A model generated the notes under the pieces. That model ran no database searches. It saw only the letters and a list, made by a program, of their open reading frames with translations, and was not told the DNA's origin. A stretch of 64,000 nt of DNA from a plasmid: the sequence record NZ_CP044066.1. One strand, written 5' to 3'. The number at the start of each line of letters is the position of its first letter. Within the stretch, counting starts at the first letter, position 1. Position numbers and translations under genes: made by a program. Below, one piece after another: positions 18,633 through 28,220 of this stretch.

Positions 18633-19793
18633 TCAGGACTGGTCTCCGGACTCATAACGCTCGAACAGCCGATAAAGTGCACGTCGGCTAATCCCCAGAG
18701 ATAGTGCAGCCCGGCTCTTATTCCCCTGGTGCTCCGCAACAGCGTGAACAGCCTGCTTCGGACTGATCACAGGACGTCTCTTCGCCTCCTGCGTCGCGTA
18801 GGTAGACAAGTAGGCGTTGGCCTTACTGACACGACTGTGCCCCGCGGCCTCCGCCACCCGTCGCTGCCCTTCCCGGTGCACCTCACGATCAATTCTGTGT
18901 GAGCCTTCCTTGATCGGCGCGAGCGCACCGGTGATGTCCGAATAAAGTCCTTGCAGGTACTCGTGGCGCAGGCCGTGCGCAGTCCGTCCCAACCGGCCGT
19001 CTTTCGTTACGCCATGTTTGGCCAGCAGATCGTAGAAGTGATCGGACCAGGAGTCATAACTGTGCGCATCAGGAATAGTGGAACCCGTCCGGCTGTTCGT
19101 GAAGCGTGCGGCGATCTCCAGCAGGTCATATTGCTCTTTTGGCCGCGTGATGGGGACGGGCCGGCTCCTGCCGCCCTTCGACCCCTCGCTGACATAGATG
19201 GCACCGTCTCGCAGATCCCGCACGGGCCGGAATTTGAATGCCTCCTCAACGCGAAGGCCGAATTTCCACATCAGGCGTAGTTGAACCCCTGCAAGGACAT
19301 CTTCTGCCTCGACTCTCCGGATCTCTGCTTCGATATCGATGCCCTTCGCCGACCAGCTCAGATCGTCTTGCGCTGTGTAATAGCGTTTCAAGCCTGCTGC
19401 TTTCCTATCCACGTAGCCTTCGAGCGTCAGCACGAGATTCGGCTTTCCCATCCAGTGGGCGATCGCCCGCAGGTACGTCAGCTTGTTCTCAATCGTACCG
19501 GCCGTCTGCCCCTTCTTCACCCAATACGTCACCAGCCACGCCACGTGCTTGTGACGGATCGACCAGGGCGACTCAATGGCATACCCACCGTCGTTCCGCA
19601 GCTCACGAATCGCCGCACATAAGCCGACGAGCCGATACTCCTGCGTTTTAACGCTCAGTGCATTTCGACTACGGCGCGTCTGGCTGTGAATCCGATCGAC
19701 ATTGTCCTCAAACAATGCGATCAACTCGCTCTCAAGGCGCTTTGGGAAGCCGTAGCTACGGATCTTCCCCCGGTAGTCAATTCTGATGCCCAT
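18633..19793 (-). CDS. Tyrosine recombinase (integrase family) with a C-terminal Fis-type HTH extension
   Basis: HGLRHEY box and AGHSRVSKANAYLSTY catalytic region, followed by KSRAALSLGISRRALYRLFERYE (HTH_8-like). An AGGAAA RBS precedes the ATG at 19793. Confidence 0.7.
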   Translation of the reverse strand: MGIRIDYRGKIRSYGFPKRLESELIALFEDNVDRIHSQTRRSRNALSVKTQEYRLVGLCAAIRELRNDGGYAIESPWSIRHKHVAWLVTYWVKKGQTAGTIENKLTYLRAIAHWMGKPNLVLTLEGYVDRKAAGLKRYYTAQDDLSWSAKGIDIEAEIRRVEAEDVLAGVQLRLMWKFGLRVEEAFKFRPVRDLRDGAIYVSEGSKGGRSRPVPITRPKEQYDLLEIAARFTNSRTGSTIPDAHSYDSWSDHFYDLLAKHGVTKDGRLGRTAHGLRHEYLQGLYSDITGALAPIKEGSHRIDREVHREGQRRVAEAAGHSRVSKANAYLSTYATQEAKRRPVISPKQAVHAVAEHQGNKSRAALSLGISRRALYRLFERYESGDQS

Positions 19794-20610
19794 CCTGTCT
19801 TTCCTGTTGCTCGTGCTGAGCCGCCGCGCTACGCGTTTCCGCGCACTTTGCTGTCCCATCCCGCAGTTGAAAGCCCCGTTCATCCAACCGCCGCCGACTG
19901 ATTGTCCCCATCGGCACAGGGCACTGCCTTCCTATCCTTTAGCGATAACATCGATCAACCAGACACAGGGAAGAACTGTGCTCCGGCTGCCCGTGAAGCT
20001 GCCCAAGCGGCTCGCGCCGCCCGGTCTCCACGGATACCCCGCCTGCCGCGTGCATGACGCGTTCCGCAACCCGCGGACGTTCCGGGGTCGCAAGCCTGCT
20101 GGGCAAATCGTTCTTGCGCATTCTGTTCCGGCTGCGCCTACCGGTCGTCATGTGAAGGGATTCGCGATAGCCGAAGGCCCAATCGCTTCCAATCCCCCGT
20201 CCCCAAGTCGATTCACCTTGGCCGCAGTGTGTCGGGCCGCCTGAACCGTACCCAGCGCTATCGCTGTAAGGACGTATCTTCCGTTGGATGATGGGTGTGC
20301 GACTGTGCGCCTCCCAATCGGTCTCAATATGTTCCAGCGCACGCTTGGGCGCTGAGATCGAGTGTTATCGCGGTGTGCAGCCTTCCTCAGTGTCGGCCAC
20401 TTTCTGCTTGATTAGACTGAAAAAAATGCCGGTTCAATTTCCGGCGGGCACAGTGCGGCTTCGCGAGGTTCTTCGCACGGAAGAACCGGATGCCGTTGTT
20501 GCCGCGCGAAGGCGGCGAGGTCGATGCGTCGGGGACGCGGTAAGAGCCCACAGAATAGCCGAACACCGGCGCATCGAACAACCGAAACGCGCGCGATTTT
20601 GGGAGGTTTC

Positions 20611-20643
20611 GACGACTTGACATTGAATTCTGCTCGGTAGAGT
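20611..20643 (+). promoter_or_regulatory. Conserved element promoter box, copy 3 (upstream of parM)
   Basis: GACGACTTGACATTG-N11-TAGAGT, with TTGACA at 20617..20622. Confidence 0.5.
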
Positions 20644-20770
20644 TGGTGACATAGGGAGGCACTAGGTGGACCTATCGGTGAGCATCTGTCAGTTGCTCGC
20701 CGATAGTCACCGAAGCATCTGCCATCAACTGTCAGATACCGGACGAAAGTCACCGGATCTGTCAGATTGA
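20643..20770 (+). repeat. Direct-repeat array between the promoter and parM (parC-like centromere/operator candidate)
   Basis: Three copies of ATCTGTCAG (20686, 20727, 20757) interleave with GTCACCG/GGTGAC motifs (20647, 20705, 20748). Confidence 0.45.
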
Positions 20771-20825
20771 ATCGGGCATTCCCTGTTCGTCATCAACCTC
20801 GCAACAAACCTCCCGGAGCGAATCC

Positions 20826-21857
20826 ATGCAGCAACAGTACGGCGAATCGAAGATCGCAAAGACTGCCACCCTTGCGGTCGATGTGGGCTATGGCAACACC
20901 AAGACCGCCTTTGCGCTCGGTTCCGAGATCAAAACGAGCATGTTCCCTTCGCTCGCCCCGCAGGCGGCCACCTCGAGCCTCACGCCCGAAAGCGGCACGA
21001 TCTTCCAGGCGCGCAAGGTGGTCAATGTCACGGTGGACGGCGCCCGGTATGAAGTCGGGCCCGGCGTGTCGCTGAGCGGGGCGTACAACACCGGACGTGC
21101 GCTGGCGGAGGATTACGTCACGACGCCGAACTATGCGGCGCTTCTCGCTGGAGCCCTCTTCTACTCCGGCGCTGCCGAAATCGATCGACTCGTCCTTGGC
21201 CTGCCGGTTCACAACACGCAGAAGTACGCCGGCTTCCTGCGCGACCGGTTCGTCGGTCAGCACGACTTCGGCTGGGGCGAAGTAATTGTGAAATCTGTGA
21301 TGCCGCTACCGCAGCCCCTCGGCACGCTCGTGACCTACATGCAGCAAAGCGGCAAGCAATACGACCCCGAAAACTCGTATCTCGTGATCGACGTGGGGTA
21401 CTTCACGACGGACTGGATCGTGGCCCGCGGCTACACGATGGACGATACCCGCAGCGGTGGCGTACCAGGTGGCGCGGCGCGCGTATATCAGCAGATCGCC
21501 AGCCTGATCGCGGCCGAGCAGGGTCAGCCGTTTGACGCGATCGAGCGCGTCGATCACGCGCTGCGCACGACGGGCAAGCTGCTGTTCTACAAACAGGATC
21601 TCGAACTGAGCCGCTACCTCCCCGAGGCAATGGCTGTCACCAATCCGGCGATCAAGGAGCTGCAATCGCGGGTGGGGCGCACCGATGATATCCGGGCCGT
21701 CATCCTGACCGGCGGCGGTGCGGCCCTCTACGCGCCGACGATTCGCGCGGCCTTCCCGCTGAACGACATTCACATGATGGACTCGCCGTGCTTCGCCAAC
21801 GTGCGAGGTTTCTACACCATTGGCGCCGCACGTCAGGCGACCAAGGCGGCCGCTTGA
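20826..21857 (+). CDS. ParM/StbA-family actin-like segregation ATPase
   Basis: The N-terminal phosphate-1 motif is LAVDVGYGNTKTAF, with a second motif LVIDVGYFTTDW, in an actin-fold protein of 343 aa. Confidence 0.7.
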   Translation: MQQQYGESKIAKTATLAVDVGYGNTKTAFALGSEIKTSMFPSLAPQAATSSLTPESGTIFQARKVVNVTVDGARYEVGPGVSLSGAYNTGRALAEDYVTTPNYAALLAGALFYSGAAEIDRLVLGLPVHNTQKYAGFLRDRFVGQHDFGWGEVIVKSVMPLPQPLGTLVTYMQQSGKQYDPENSYLVIDVGYFTTDWIVARGYTMDDTRSGGVPGGAARVYQQIASLIAAEQGQPFDAIERVDHALRTTGKLLFYKQDLELSRYLPEAMAVTNPAIKELQSRVGRTDDIRAVILTGGGAALYAPTIRAAFPLNDIHMMDSPCFANVRGFYTIGAARQATKAAA

Positions 21858-21873
21858 TCGACGGGGGGCACAT

Positions 21874-22314
21874 ATGGACAAGCTGGAGATGAAGGTCACG
21901 CTGACGTCCGACTCCACGCCAGAGCTGCTTCGCTATCTCAGCGGAATCTCCAGCGCCCGGGATCGCGCATTCATCCTGAAGCGGCTCGCAACCGTCGGGC
22001 TGTCGATGCTGGGCGACGGCGCGGGCGCCGACGCGATGCTTCTGCCGTCACCGTCCGCCGCATTGCCGACTGGGCGTCAGCCCGAAGCTGTGGAGCAACA
22101 GCAGGCTATGCAATCGACGCCGGCCGAGAAGACGCACGCCCCCGCGACGGTGCTTGAGCCTGCGGCAGTACCCTTGGCCCGTCCTGCGTCGGTGTCCCGC
22201 CCCGTCAATGATGAGGCAGTGGGCCAGCCAGATCCGGAGGACGCTCCTCTGGCTCTGGGATTCGACTTTCTGGATCTTGATGCCCTCAACGCAGCCACCG
22301 CTCAATTCGATTGA
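21874..22314 (+). CDS. Hypothetical protein, candidate ParR-like adaptor of the ParM module
   Basis: It lies immediately downstream of parM. Its N-terminal 60 aa are ordered, and the C-terminal half is Pro/Ala-rich and disordered. Confidence 0.35.
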   Translation: MDKLEMKVTLTSDSTPELLRYLSGISSARDRAFILKRLATVGLSMLGDGAGADAMLLPSPSAALPTGRQPEAVEQQQAMQSTPAEKTHAPATVLEPAAVPLARPASVSRPVNDEAVGQPDPEDAPLALGFDFLDLDALNAATAQFD

Positions 22315-22353
22315 GGACTTGACATACATATCCCTCTGGCAAGCTTGTACTAT
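22313..22353 (+). promoter_or_regulatory. Conserved element promoter box, copy 4 (variant with downstream TACTAT)
   Basis: GAGGACTTGACATAC...TACTAT, with TTGACA at 22319..22324. It precedes a small ORF. Confidence 0.4.
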
Positions 22354-22377
22354 CTCTTAACAAACCGAGGAGTAAAG

Positions 22378-22497
22378 ATGTTCGATTACCTGTCCACCAC
22401 CGCTGACGTGAATCGCTTTGTCTTCTACGTCGCAATCGGCTTCTGCGTCCTGCAAGCCGTCATCGAGGTCTACAAGGTGGTTCGCCGCCGTAACTAA
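22378..22497 (+). CDS. Small hydrophobic peptide (39 aa)
   Basis: GAGGAG RBS, sequence MFDYLSTTADVNRFVFYVAIGFCVLQAVIEVYKVVRRRN, followed by a strong terminator. Confidence 0.35.
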   Translation: MFDYLSTTADVNRFVFYVAIGFCVLQAVIEVYKVVRRRN

Positions 22498-22518
22498 CAC
22501 CTCGAGCGCGCTGAGAAA

Positions 22519-22553
22519 TAAAAAAAGCCCCAGCAATGCTGGGGCTTTGTTCG
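22519..22553. terminator. Bidirectional rho-independent terminator
   Basis: The stem AGCCCCAGC/GCTGGGGCT has a 3-nt loop and is flanked by an A-run and a T-rich tail. Confidence 0.7.
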
Positions 22554-22570
22554 TCAGGGATGGGCAAGCT

Positions 22571-22783
22571 TCAGTGAAGCGTGCCGTGGGCCAGGCAGAA
22601 GTCAGCGGCCGAGTCGAAGGACAGATTGCCTTTGACGAGCGTAAGATCGCGCGAGGGCTCGCGGCGATACACGTGAAAGAATTGCGCTTCCGACTGGATC
22701 GCCGGAACGTCGGACGTACCAGTCCGCCGCATCGCGTGAATCTGCAACTTGTTGACGATCGCGGTGAAGCCTTTTTGCGGCAT
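22571..22783 (-). CDS. Hypothetical protein (70 aa)
   Basis: AGGAGT RBS; sequence MPQKGFTAIVNKLQIHAMRRTGTSDVPAIQSEAQFFHVYRRE... It is the last gene of the leading-region-like block. Confidence 0.4.
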   Translation of the reverse strand: MPQKGFTAIVNKLQIHAMRRTGTSDVPAIQSEAQFFHVYRREPSRDLTLVKGNLSFDSAADFCLAHGTLH

Positions 22784-22886
22784 TGCATTACTCCTGAGAG
22801 AGAGCCTGCCGAGGTAAAGATCCGCCCTATGGGACGAACCCACAGGGCAGAAGATAAAAAGAAGCCGCCTCGAGGGCGGCGACGAA

Positions 22887-23957
22887 TCAGGCTGGGACGA
22901 CTTGCTGCGACATCTGGCGCAACTGATGAACGGTGCGCCATTCATCGCAGAAATCGGTGCCACGCACCTTGGGTCGGTGCATCACGACCTTGAAGCCGGC
23001 TTGCCGCAAGCGCTTCTGCAATACCAGTGCATCGGCCATGCCGGGCGACTTGTGGGTCTCCGGATCAATGGCATCGAAATCGGCAAAGATATGGACCGTT
23101 TCGATGCCAAGGCCTTGCGGCACCACGAACTGGCTGAGCAGCACCCGGTTCAGGCAGTACCAGGTGGGGACGCCGAATTGCATGTATGCGGCATACGCCG
23201 TTTCCATGCCTTCGGCAATTCCGAGCTCACCATTGCGTGGCGCCATCAGCCGCACTGCGCCGCCCGCCGGCGGCAATGCCGAAACATCGTTGCGCTTGGC
23301 AGGTAGCACCTCTCCGTCCGGCGTGATGACGATGGCTTTCTCCGGCTTGCGGGGATCCAATGACGTTCGATGCACGGTCGCCATACGGCCGTCAGGCAGC
23401 GTGAACTGCGCAACGATCGTAGGGTATCGGCCGACCACCCGCTTCTCGTACCAGTAGTCCTGCACTGCGAGCCTCAAGGCCTGCGGCCGTGGTGCTCGCA
23501 AGCCCGGAATGCGGGCCGCAAGATATCGCATGGCATGGTCGCCAGCGGACAAGCATGATGCGGTCGCCCACTGCTTCTCGATCCTGCGCAGCTTGGTCGC
23601 CGAGTCGGCCCGCGTTCGAGCGGGGCTGGCCCCGGATGTCGCAGGCACGCGGGCTTCGATCGGAGCACCGTTGAGGATCCGCTTCAACTCCGAATACGAC
23701 ATTTCGGTGTAGCGGCGGACAAGCTCAAGCCCGTCGCCTCCGGCCGGACTGCCGTCATTGCACTTGCGACACACCCAGTCACCGCGACCACGGTTGCGGG
23801 TATAGGTGAAGCGGTCTTTACCGCCGCACATCGGACAGGGGCATGGACGCCCGCGCCAGAAGGCATCCGTCAGGACGCCGGCTGGCAGGTACTGAGCAAT
23901 GAGGGCGTCCCACTGCTCAGACTTCCAGCTCTTAACAATGTCACTGATAGCTTTCAT
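22887..23957 (-). CDS. DNA primase (CHC2/P4-alpha-type zinc-binding domain plus Toprim), TraC-like
   Basis: Zinc-binding motifs CPCPMCGGKDRFTY...DWVCRKC; Toprim motif MAPRNGELGIAEGMETAYA; AGGAGT RBS upstream of 23957. Confidence 0.8.
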   Translation of the reverse strand: MKAISDIVKSWKSEQWDALIAQYLPAGVLTDAFWRGRPCPCPMCGGKDRFTYTRNRGRGDWVCRKCNDGSPAGGDGLELVRRYTEMSYSELKRILNGAPIEARVPATSGASPARTRADSATKLRRIEKQWATASCLSAGDHAMRYLAARIPGLRAPRPQALRLAVQDYWYEKRVVGRYPTIVAQFTLPDGRMATVHRTSLDPRKPEKAIVITPDGEVLPAKRNDVSALPPAGGAVRLMAPRNGELGIAEGMETAYAAYMQFGVPTWYCLNRVLLSQFVVPQGLGIETVHIFADFDAIDPETHKSPGMADALVLQKRLRQAGFKVVMHRPKVRGTDFCDEWRTVHQLRQMSQQVVPA

Positions 23958-24177
23958 GGGATGACTCCTTTTGGGAGTGGTGGGTCGATGCCTGAGACAG
24001 GCGAAGGAACGCTTGCTCAAAAGACATCCCGGCGGCGAGCCAGAAGGTCTTTTCAGCATGGCGTTTGCGGTTGAGCGAAAGGGAGATGCGCTGCGGGACG
24101 GCAGCCAGGAGGAAGGAAAGAACTGCTACCGGAAAACCGGCAGCAGGAGGAACGTGTAACGGTTGGCGAACCCCGGA

Positions 24178-24738
24178 TCAGCGTCGGAACGGAATGCCGT
24201 CCAACGCCAGGGGCGCCGCAAAGGGAATGTCGTCGTCCATATCTCCGAAGCCGCCATCGCGCGGTGCACCGCCGCCGCCATAGCTTCCAGCTGACTGCTG
24301 TTCGCTGTTGGAGGGCTGGCGCTGCTGGCCGCGGCCCGCGCCTCGCTGGGAGCCTCCGCCGTACGCCCCCGCATCGGCGCCGTCGTCATCGCCCGGCCGG
24401 CCACCCCGGCCCCCCAGCATCTGCATCTGGTCGGCCACGATCTCGGTGCTGTACCTGTCCTGCCCCGACTGATCCTGCCACTTACGTGTGCGGATGCGGC
24501 CTTCGATATAGACGGAAGAGCCCTTCTTCAAGTACTGGCCGACGATCTCCGCGAGCTTGCCGAAGAACGCAATGCGATGCCACTCGGTGGCTTCCTTAAA
24601 CTCGCCGCTTTGCTTGTCCTTGTAGCGGTCGGTCGTCGCGAGCCGGATGTTGGCCACGGCGTCGCCGCTGGGCATGTAGCGGACTTCAGGGTCTGCCCCG
24701 AGGTTACCGACGAGGATGACTTTGTTGACGGATGCCAT
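24178..24738 (-). CDS. ssb: Single-stranded DNA-binding protein
   Basis: [56 protein letters not shown], with a Gly-rich tail ending in DDDIPF. Confidence 0.92.
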   Translation of the reverse strand: MASVNKVILVGNLGADPEVRYMPSGDAVANIRLATTDRYKDKQSGEFKEATEWHRIAFFGKLAEIVGQYLKKGSSVYIEGRIRTRKWQDQSGQDRYSTEIVADQMQMLGGRGGRPGDDDGADAGAYGGGSQRGAGRGQQRQPSNSEQQSAGSYGGGGAPRDGGFGDMDDDIPFAAPLALDGIPFRR

Positions 24739-24747
24739 GTAGTTCCT

Positions 24748-25536
24748 TCAGTGGATGCGATTGATTGACCAGACCCAGCGGTCCCAAAGCTTCTGCTGGT
24801 TGGTCGCACGATCAATAATGGGACGCCCGGTCTTCTGATCGAAGGCCGGCACTTTTTCCTTATGAAGCCGGCGAATGCCAACGCGCTCGCCTAGCTCGCA
24901 ATGGGCGCTGGCCAGGACGTCCTTGAGGCCTTCGCCCTGCAGCACCTTCTCGCCAGCACTGGTTTCGAGCTTCACGGCGAACGAGGTGTAGGTCGGCTTG
25001 CCGCCCGGCTTGGGCTTGCGATTGGGAAACTCCATCTCGCCCCACTCCACCAGCTTTCCGACTGTGTAGTTGGACGAGGAAGCTTCAGCAGCGCGCGGTT
25101 TGACATGAGGCTGCGCGACGGCGTACTCATCGCGCGCCGCTCCACTGGGTTGCGTCTCCGGCTGGGCGCTCTTTCGAGCGGGCTGGATCGATTGCATCCT
25201 CGCGTCACGCACTACGTCTTCAGCGACCTTCTGCGGCGTGACGCCAGGCTGATCGTAGGTGCGAACCTTGCTCCAGCGCGGCACGACGTCGGGCAGTAGC
25301 TTGTTACCGAATGCGGTGTGGCGAATGCGACGATCGAACTCGGCCACGAAGTGCACCACGCGATCTCCTTCATCTCGAAACAGATGAGGGATGCCATCGA
25401 TCTGCATGTGGAACTCGTTATCGGCGCCAGTGCCGACCGCGATCATGTCCGCCGGCGAGGGGTGGTCGCTCTGGAGCTCAGCACGGTCGCTGACCAGCGC
25501 GGCAGCGACCTGCTTGATTAGATTGAGCAGTGACAT
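24748..25536 (-). CDS. Hypothetical protein
   Basis: 262 aa, in an operon with ssb and the primase. Confidence 0.5.
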   Translation of the reverse strand: MSLLNLIKQVAAALVSDRAELQSDHPSPADMIAVGTGADNEFHMQIDGIPHLFRDEGDRVVHFVAEFDRRIRHTAFGNKLLPDVVPRWSKVRTYDQPGVTPQKVAEDVVRDARMQSIQPARKSAQPETQPSGAARDEYAVAQPHVKPRAAEASSSNYTVGKLVEWGEMEFPNRKPKPGGKPTYTSFAVKLETSAGEKVLQGEGLKDVLASAHCELGERVGIRRLHKEKVPAFDQKTGRPIIDRATNQQKLWDRWVWSINRIH

Positions 25537-25543
25537 GGGGATT

Positions 25544-25966
25544 TCATAATAGAGAGCCGTAGCACTGGCGCTTGACCTCCTCGAGGACAGCCGTCAGGCG
25601 AGCGTGACCAAAGACAACGTCTTGCAGGACGTCAGGGCTCACGCCGCTGATGTCGCAGACGTACTTGTAGGGAATGGCGCCATCCCAGAACCCGAAAATC
25701 CAGCCGATCGTCATGAAGAGCTCTTTGCGATCGACGGCTTCGTTACGGATGCACTCCCGGAACAGCTTTGCGCAGTCCAGCAGCGATTCGGGCATGTTGA
25801 CGCCATGGCGGCTGCCACAGGCGAGGTCGATGAGCGCATCGGTCAGGCGCTCGCGCAGCGACTCGTCGACTGGCTCTCGCCGGCTGCGATCCGTCGGGGG
25901 AGGAGCAACGATGGCGGTCGCTTCTCCGAAGAAGTCCAGTTGCCATCCTGCGTTGGTTGTTTCCAT
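25544..25966 (-). CDS. Hypothetical protein
   Basis: 140 aa, in the same operon. Confidence 0.45.
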   Translation of the reverse strand: METTNAGWQLDFFGEATAIVAPPPTDRSRREPVDESLRERLTDALIDLACGSRHGVNMPESLLDCAKLFRECIRNEAVDRKELFMTIGWIFGFWDGAIPYKYVCDISGVSPDVLQDVVFGHARLTAVLEEVKRQCYGSLL

Positions 25967-26065
25967 GATGGTCTCCGGACGGGCGTCCGAAGACCCACCT
26001 GCCGGCGGGTATCGGATACCCGCGACAGGTGGAAGAAGGCCGCCCGGGAACCGGGCGGCGGTGGA

Positions 26066-26389
26066 TCAGGGACGGTTGTCCGTCCCGGTTCGACGAATCG
26101 GTGTCACAACTGCCGAGCGTTCGTACTTGCGCTCGGGCTGCTCCTCCGGTTGAGGCGCGTCGGCTTTCGGCTTGGACGGATAGTCCGGCATCGATACCTT
26201 CGGTGCTGCAGGGATGCTGCGGCTGCTGTTGACGGCCTTGTTGTACAGATACGAGATCCCAACGACCGTCACGAATACACCGACGGGAAACGACTGGGAT
26301 GCGAGATACAGCACCATGCAGAGCACGAGCAGTTGCAGGGGGCGCTTGACGAGATGAGCAAGGGATTCCACGGTTTCTCTCCGAAACAT
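26066..26389 (-). CDS. Hypothetical membrane protein
   Basis: 107 aa with one or two TM helices (LLVLCMVLYLASQSFPVGVFVTVVGISYLY). It is the first gene of the minus-strand block. Confidence 0.4.
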   Translation of the reverse strand: MFRRETVESLAHLVKRPLQLLVLCMVLYLASQSFPVGVFVTVVGISYLYNKAVNSSRSIPAAPKVSMPDYPSKPKADAPQPEEQPERKYERSAVVTPIRRTGTDNRP

Positions 26390-26607
26390 TGCAAGGGATG
26401 GTCCTGACGGATGTCAGGCGCTGGTTCGATGCTCAATGAGCAAGGAAGCCCGTGGACTGCGCGCGTGAACGCACTTGCGTCATGCCGCGGCATGGCGCAA
26501 AGGCGCTGGTGCTGGGGAAAGAAGGGAATGGGCGAGCGGCACGTAGCCAACTTCGCGCTGATCGATGCGTGTGGACGCGGTGTTCCGTAAATCCTAGCCG
26601 AAGATTC

Positions 26608-26680
26608 GAGGCTCAAGAACCCGGAAAGCTCACCAAAACCATACGTCTTTCTGCCGAAATAGGTCGAGCATGCTCGGTAG
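26608..26680. repeat. Repeated regulatory element, copy b, in the divergent promoter region (palindrome TCGAGCATGCTCGg at 26664..26677)
   Basis: GAGGCTCAAGAACCCGGAAAGCTCACCAAAACCATACGTCTTTCTGCCGAAATAGGTCGAGCATGCTCGG shares the GAAAGCTCACCAA and palindrome blocks with copy c. Confidence 0.7.
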
Positions 26681-26985
26681 ATTTCATAATACGAAACAAA
26701 TGTATCTTCAGAACGGATACAAACGATTTAGATATTACTTAGATCTGATCTTCTTTTTATGCAGCTCTATCCCGTAAGTTGGGGGTAACTCACTAAAGCT
26801 GTCCTTTCTCACCCCGATAAGACGCATACATGTAACCGTCTTAAGGCCGCCTTCCGAAAAAGGGGCCCGAAAAAACGTAGCTTTCTGCCGGCTGCTGTGG
26901 CCGGGCGTTTCGTAATCTCTGCGGAGGCTTGACAACGCAAATCAAACGCTACGCTGGTTGTCATGTTCATCAACGAGAGTGAAAC

Positions 26986-28209
26986 ATGCCAGAAAAGAAG
27001 AAGAAACTTGATGGTCTATCGGTGCCGCCTGCGGAGTCGGCCAAGAAAGCCGATATCGTAGATTTTCCTGTCTCACGCCTGCAGGCCTCCATGGACGCTC
27101 GGTTGCGCGAGATCATGGGCCCCAGCCTCAGCGAGGATCAGCTTGGCCGCCTTGGCGACGCCATCCATAACATTCGGCGGGTGCGCGAGAAGATCGAGCG
27201 CGCGCTGCTCGAGATGGGCTCCGAGTTGCAGAACATTCATGACCTGTCGATGGAATCGGTCATCGGGGAGTTCGGCGACACGCGCGGGGCGCGGATGCGT
27301 GGCTGGACCAAGTTCAATCAACTCGCGAAGGAACTGCTCGAGCTTCAGCCCAACCAGGCGAAGCTGTATCTTGGCCTGTATGTCCGCTTCCAGAACCACA
27401 ATGGCGCACTGAGCAAGCTCAATACCGGCGAACTGATGATCCTGCAGCCCGCCGAGTACACCGATGAGGAAGTCGACGCTGTCATCGAGTTCAAGGACAC
27501 CGACCCAACGTACCGCCGCGGGAAGATCCGTGACTTCATCAAGCAACTGCGACGAAAGCACGAGCAGGTCATCGATGTGTCCACCCGTCTGGACATTGCA
27601 ACCTCTGAACTTGCCAACACGGTTCAGGACAATGCTGACAAAGACCTCGAAATCCGTCGGCTCAACGAAGAAGTATCGCGGCTTGCTGCGGAGCGCGATG
27701 CCGATCGCGATGCCCTGAGTCACGTGCGCGAAGAACTCACCCGGCATAACCATTCGCAGAGCATGCAGCAGATGCGTATCCAGGATCTGGAGCGCGAGAC
27801 CCGGGAGTTGCAGGAGCGCGTAGCGAGCGCGCGCGCGAATGCGCGCACCGAGACGGTGGAGGTACCGATTGTCCCCCCCGGCTACGCTACGATCGAAGAG
27901 GCGCTGGCCGCGAAGAATTCGGAGTTGGAAGCAGCACGGAGCCAGCTTGCCGATATCGAAAACCGGCGCCTCGGGATCGAACAAGAGATCAAGGACCGCG
28001 CTAGCGTTCTGGATCGTCGCGCGAAGGCCGACGGCGCACTCGCGACGCTTGTCGATCAGTTTGAGAAGACGGTCTCGGCGTTCGCGGCCACGCAACTGGC
28101 CGTGCAGATGGACGGCAGCGTCGATCAGTTCCAATCGACGCTCACGGTGCTTGACAGCATCGTGGGTCGCCTCCACGCAGATATTCGCGCTGCCCTCCAA
28201 ACTCGCTGA
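26986..28209 (+). CDS. Coiled-coil protein (407 aa), first gene of the regulatory operon
   Basis: It has long heptad-rich segments (IRRLNEEVSRLAAERDADRDALSHVREEL...). A TTGACA-N16-TACGCT promoter candidate lies at 26927..26954. Confidence 0.5.
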   Translation: MPEKKKKLDGLSVPPAESAKKADIVDFPVSRLQASMDARLREIMGPSLSEDQLGRLGDAIHNIRRVREKIERALLEMGSELQNIHDLSMESVIGEFGDTRGARMRGWTKFNQLAKELLELQPNQAKLYLGLYVRFQNHNGALSKLNTGELMILQPAEYTDEEVDAVIEFKDTDPTYRRGKIRDFIKQLRRKHEQVIDVSTRLDIATSELANTVQDNADKDLEIRRLNEEVSRLAAERDADRDALSHVREELTRHNHSQSMQQMRIQDLERETRELQERVASARANARTETVEVPIVPPGYATIEEALAAKNSELEAARSQLADIENRRLGIEQEIKDRASVLDRRAKADGALATLVDQFEKTVSAFAATQLAVQMDGSVDQFQSTLTVLDSIVGRLHADIRAALQTR

Positions 28210-28220
28210 TCAGACCTGCC

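Noticed and set aside
18633-19883. Rci-type shufflon recombinase identity for the tyrosine recombinase
   Set aside because: It is not adjacent to pilV, has no shufflon substrate nearby, and its N-terminal region does not resemble Rci. It is treated as a generic integrase or invertase.
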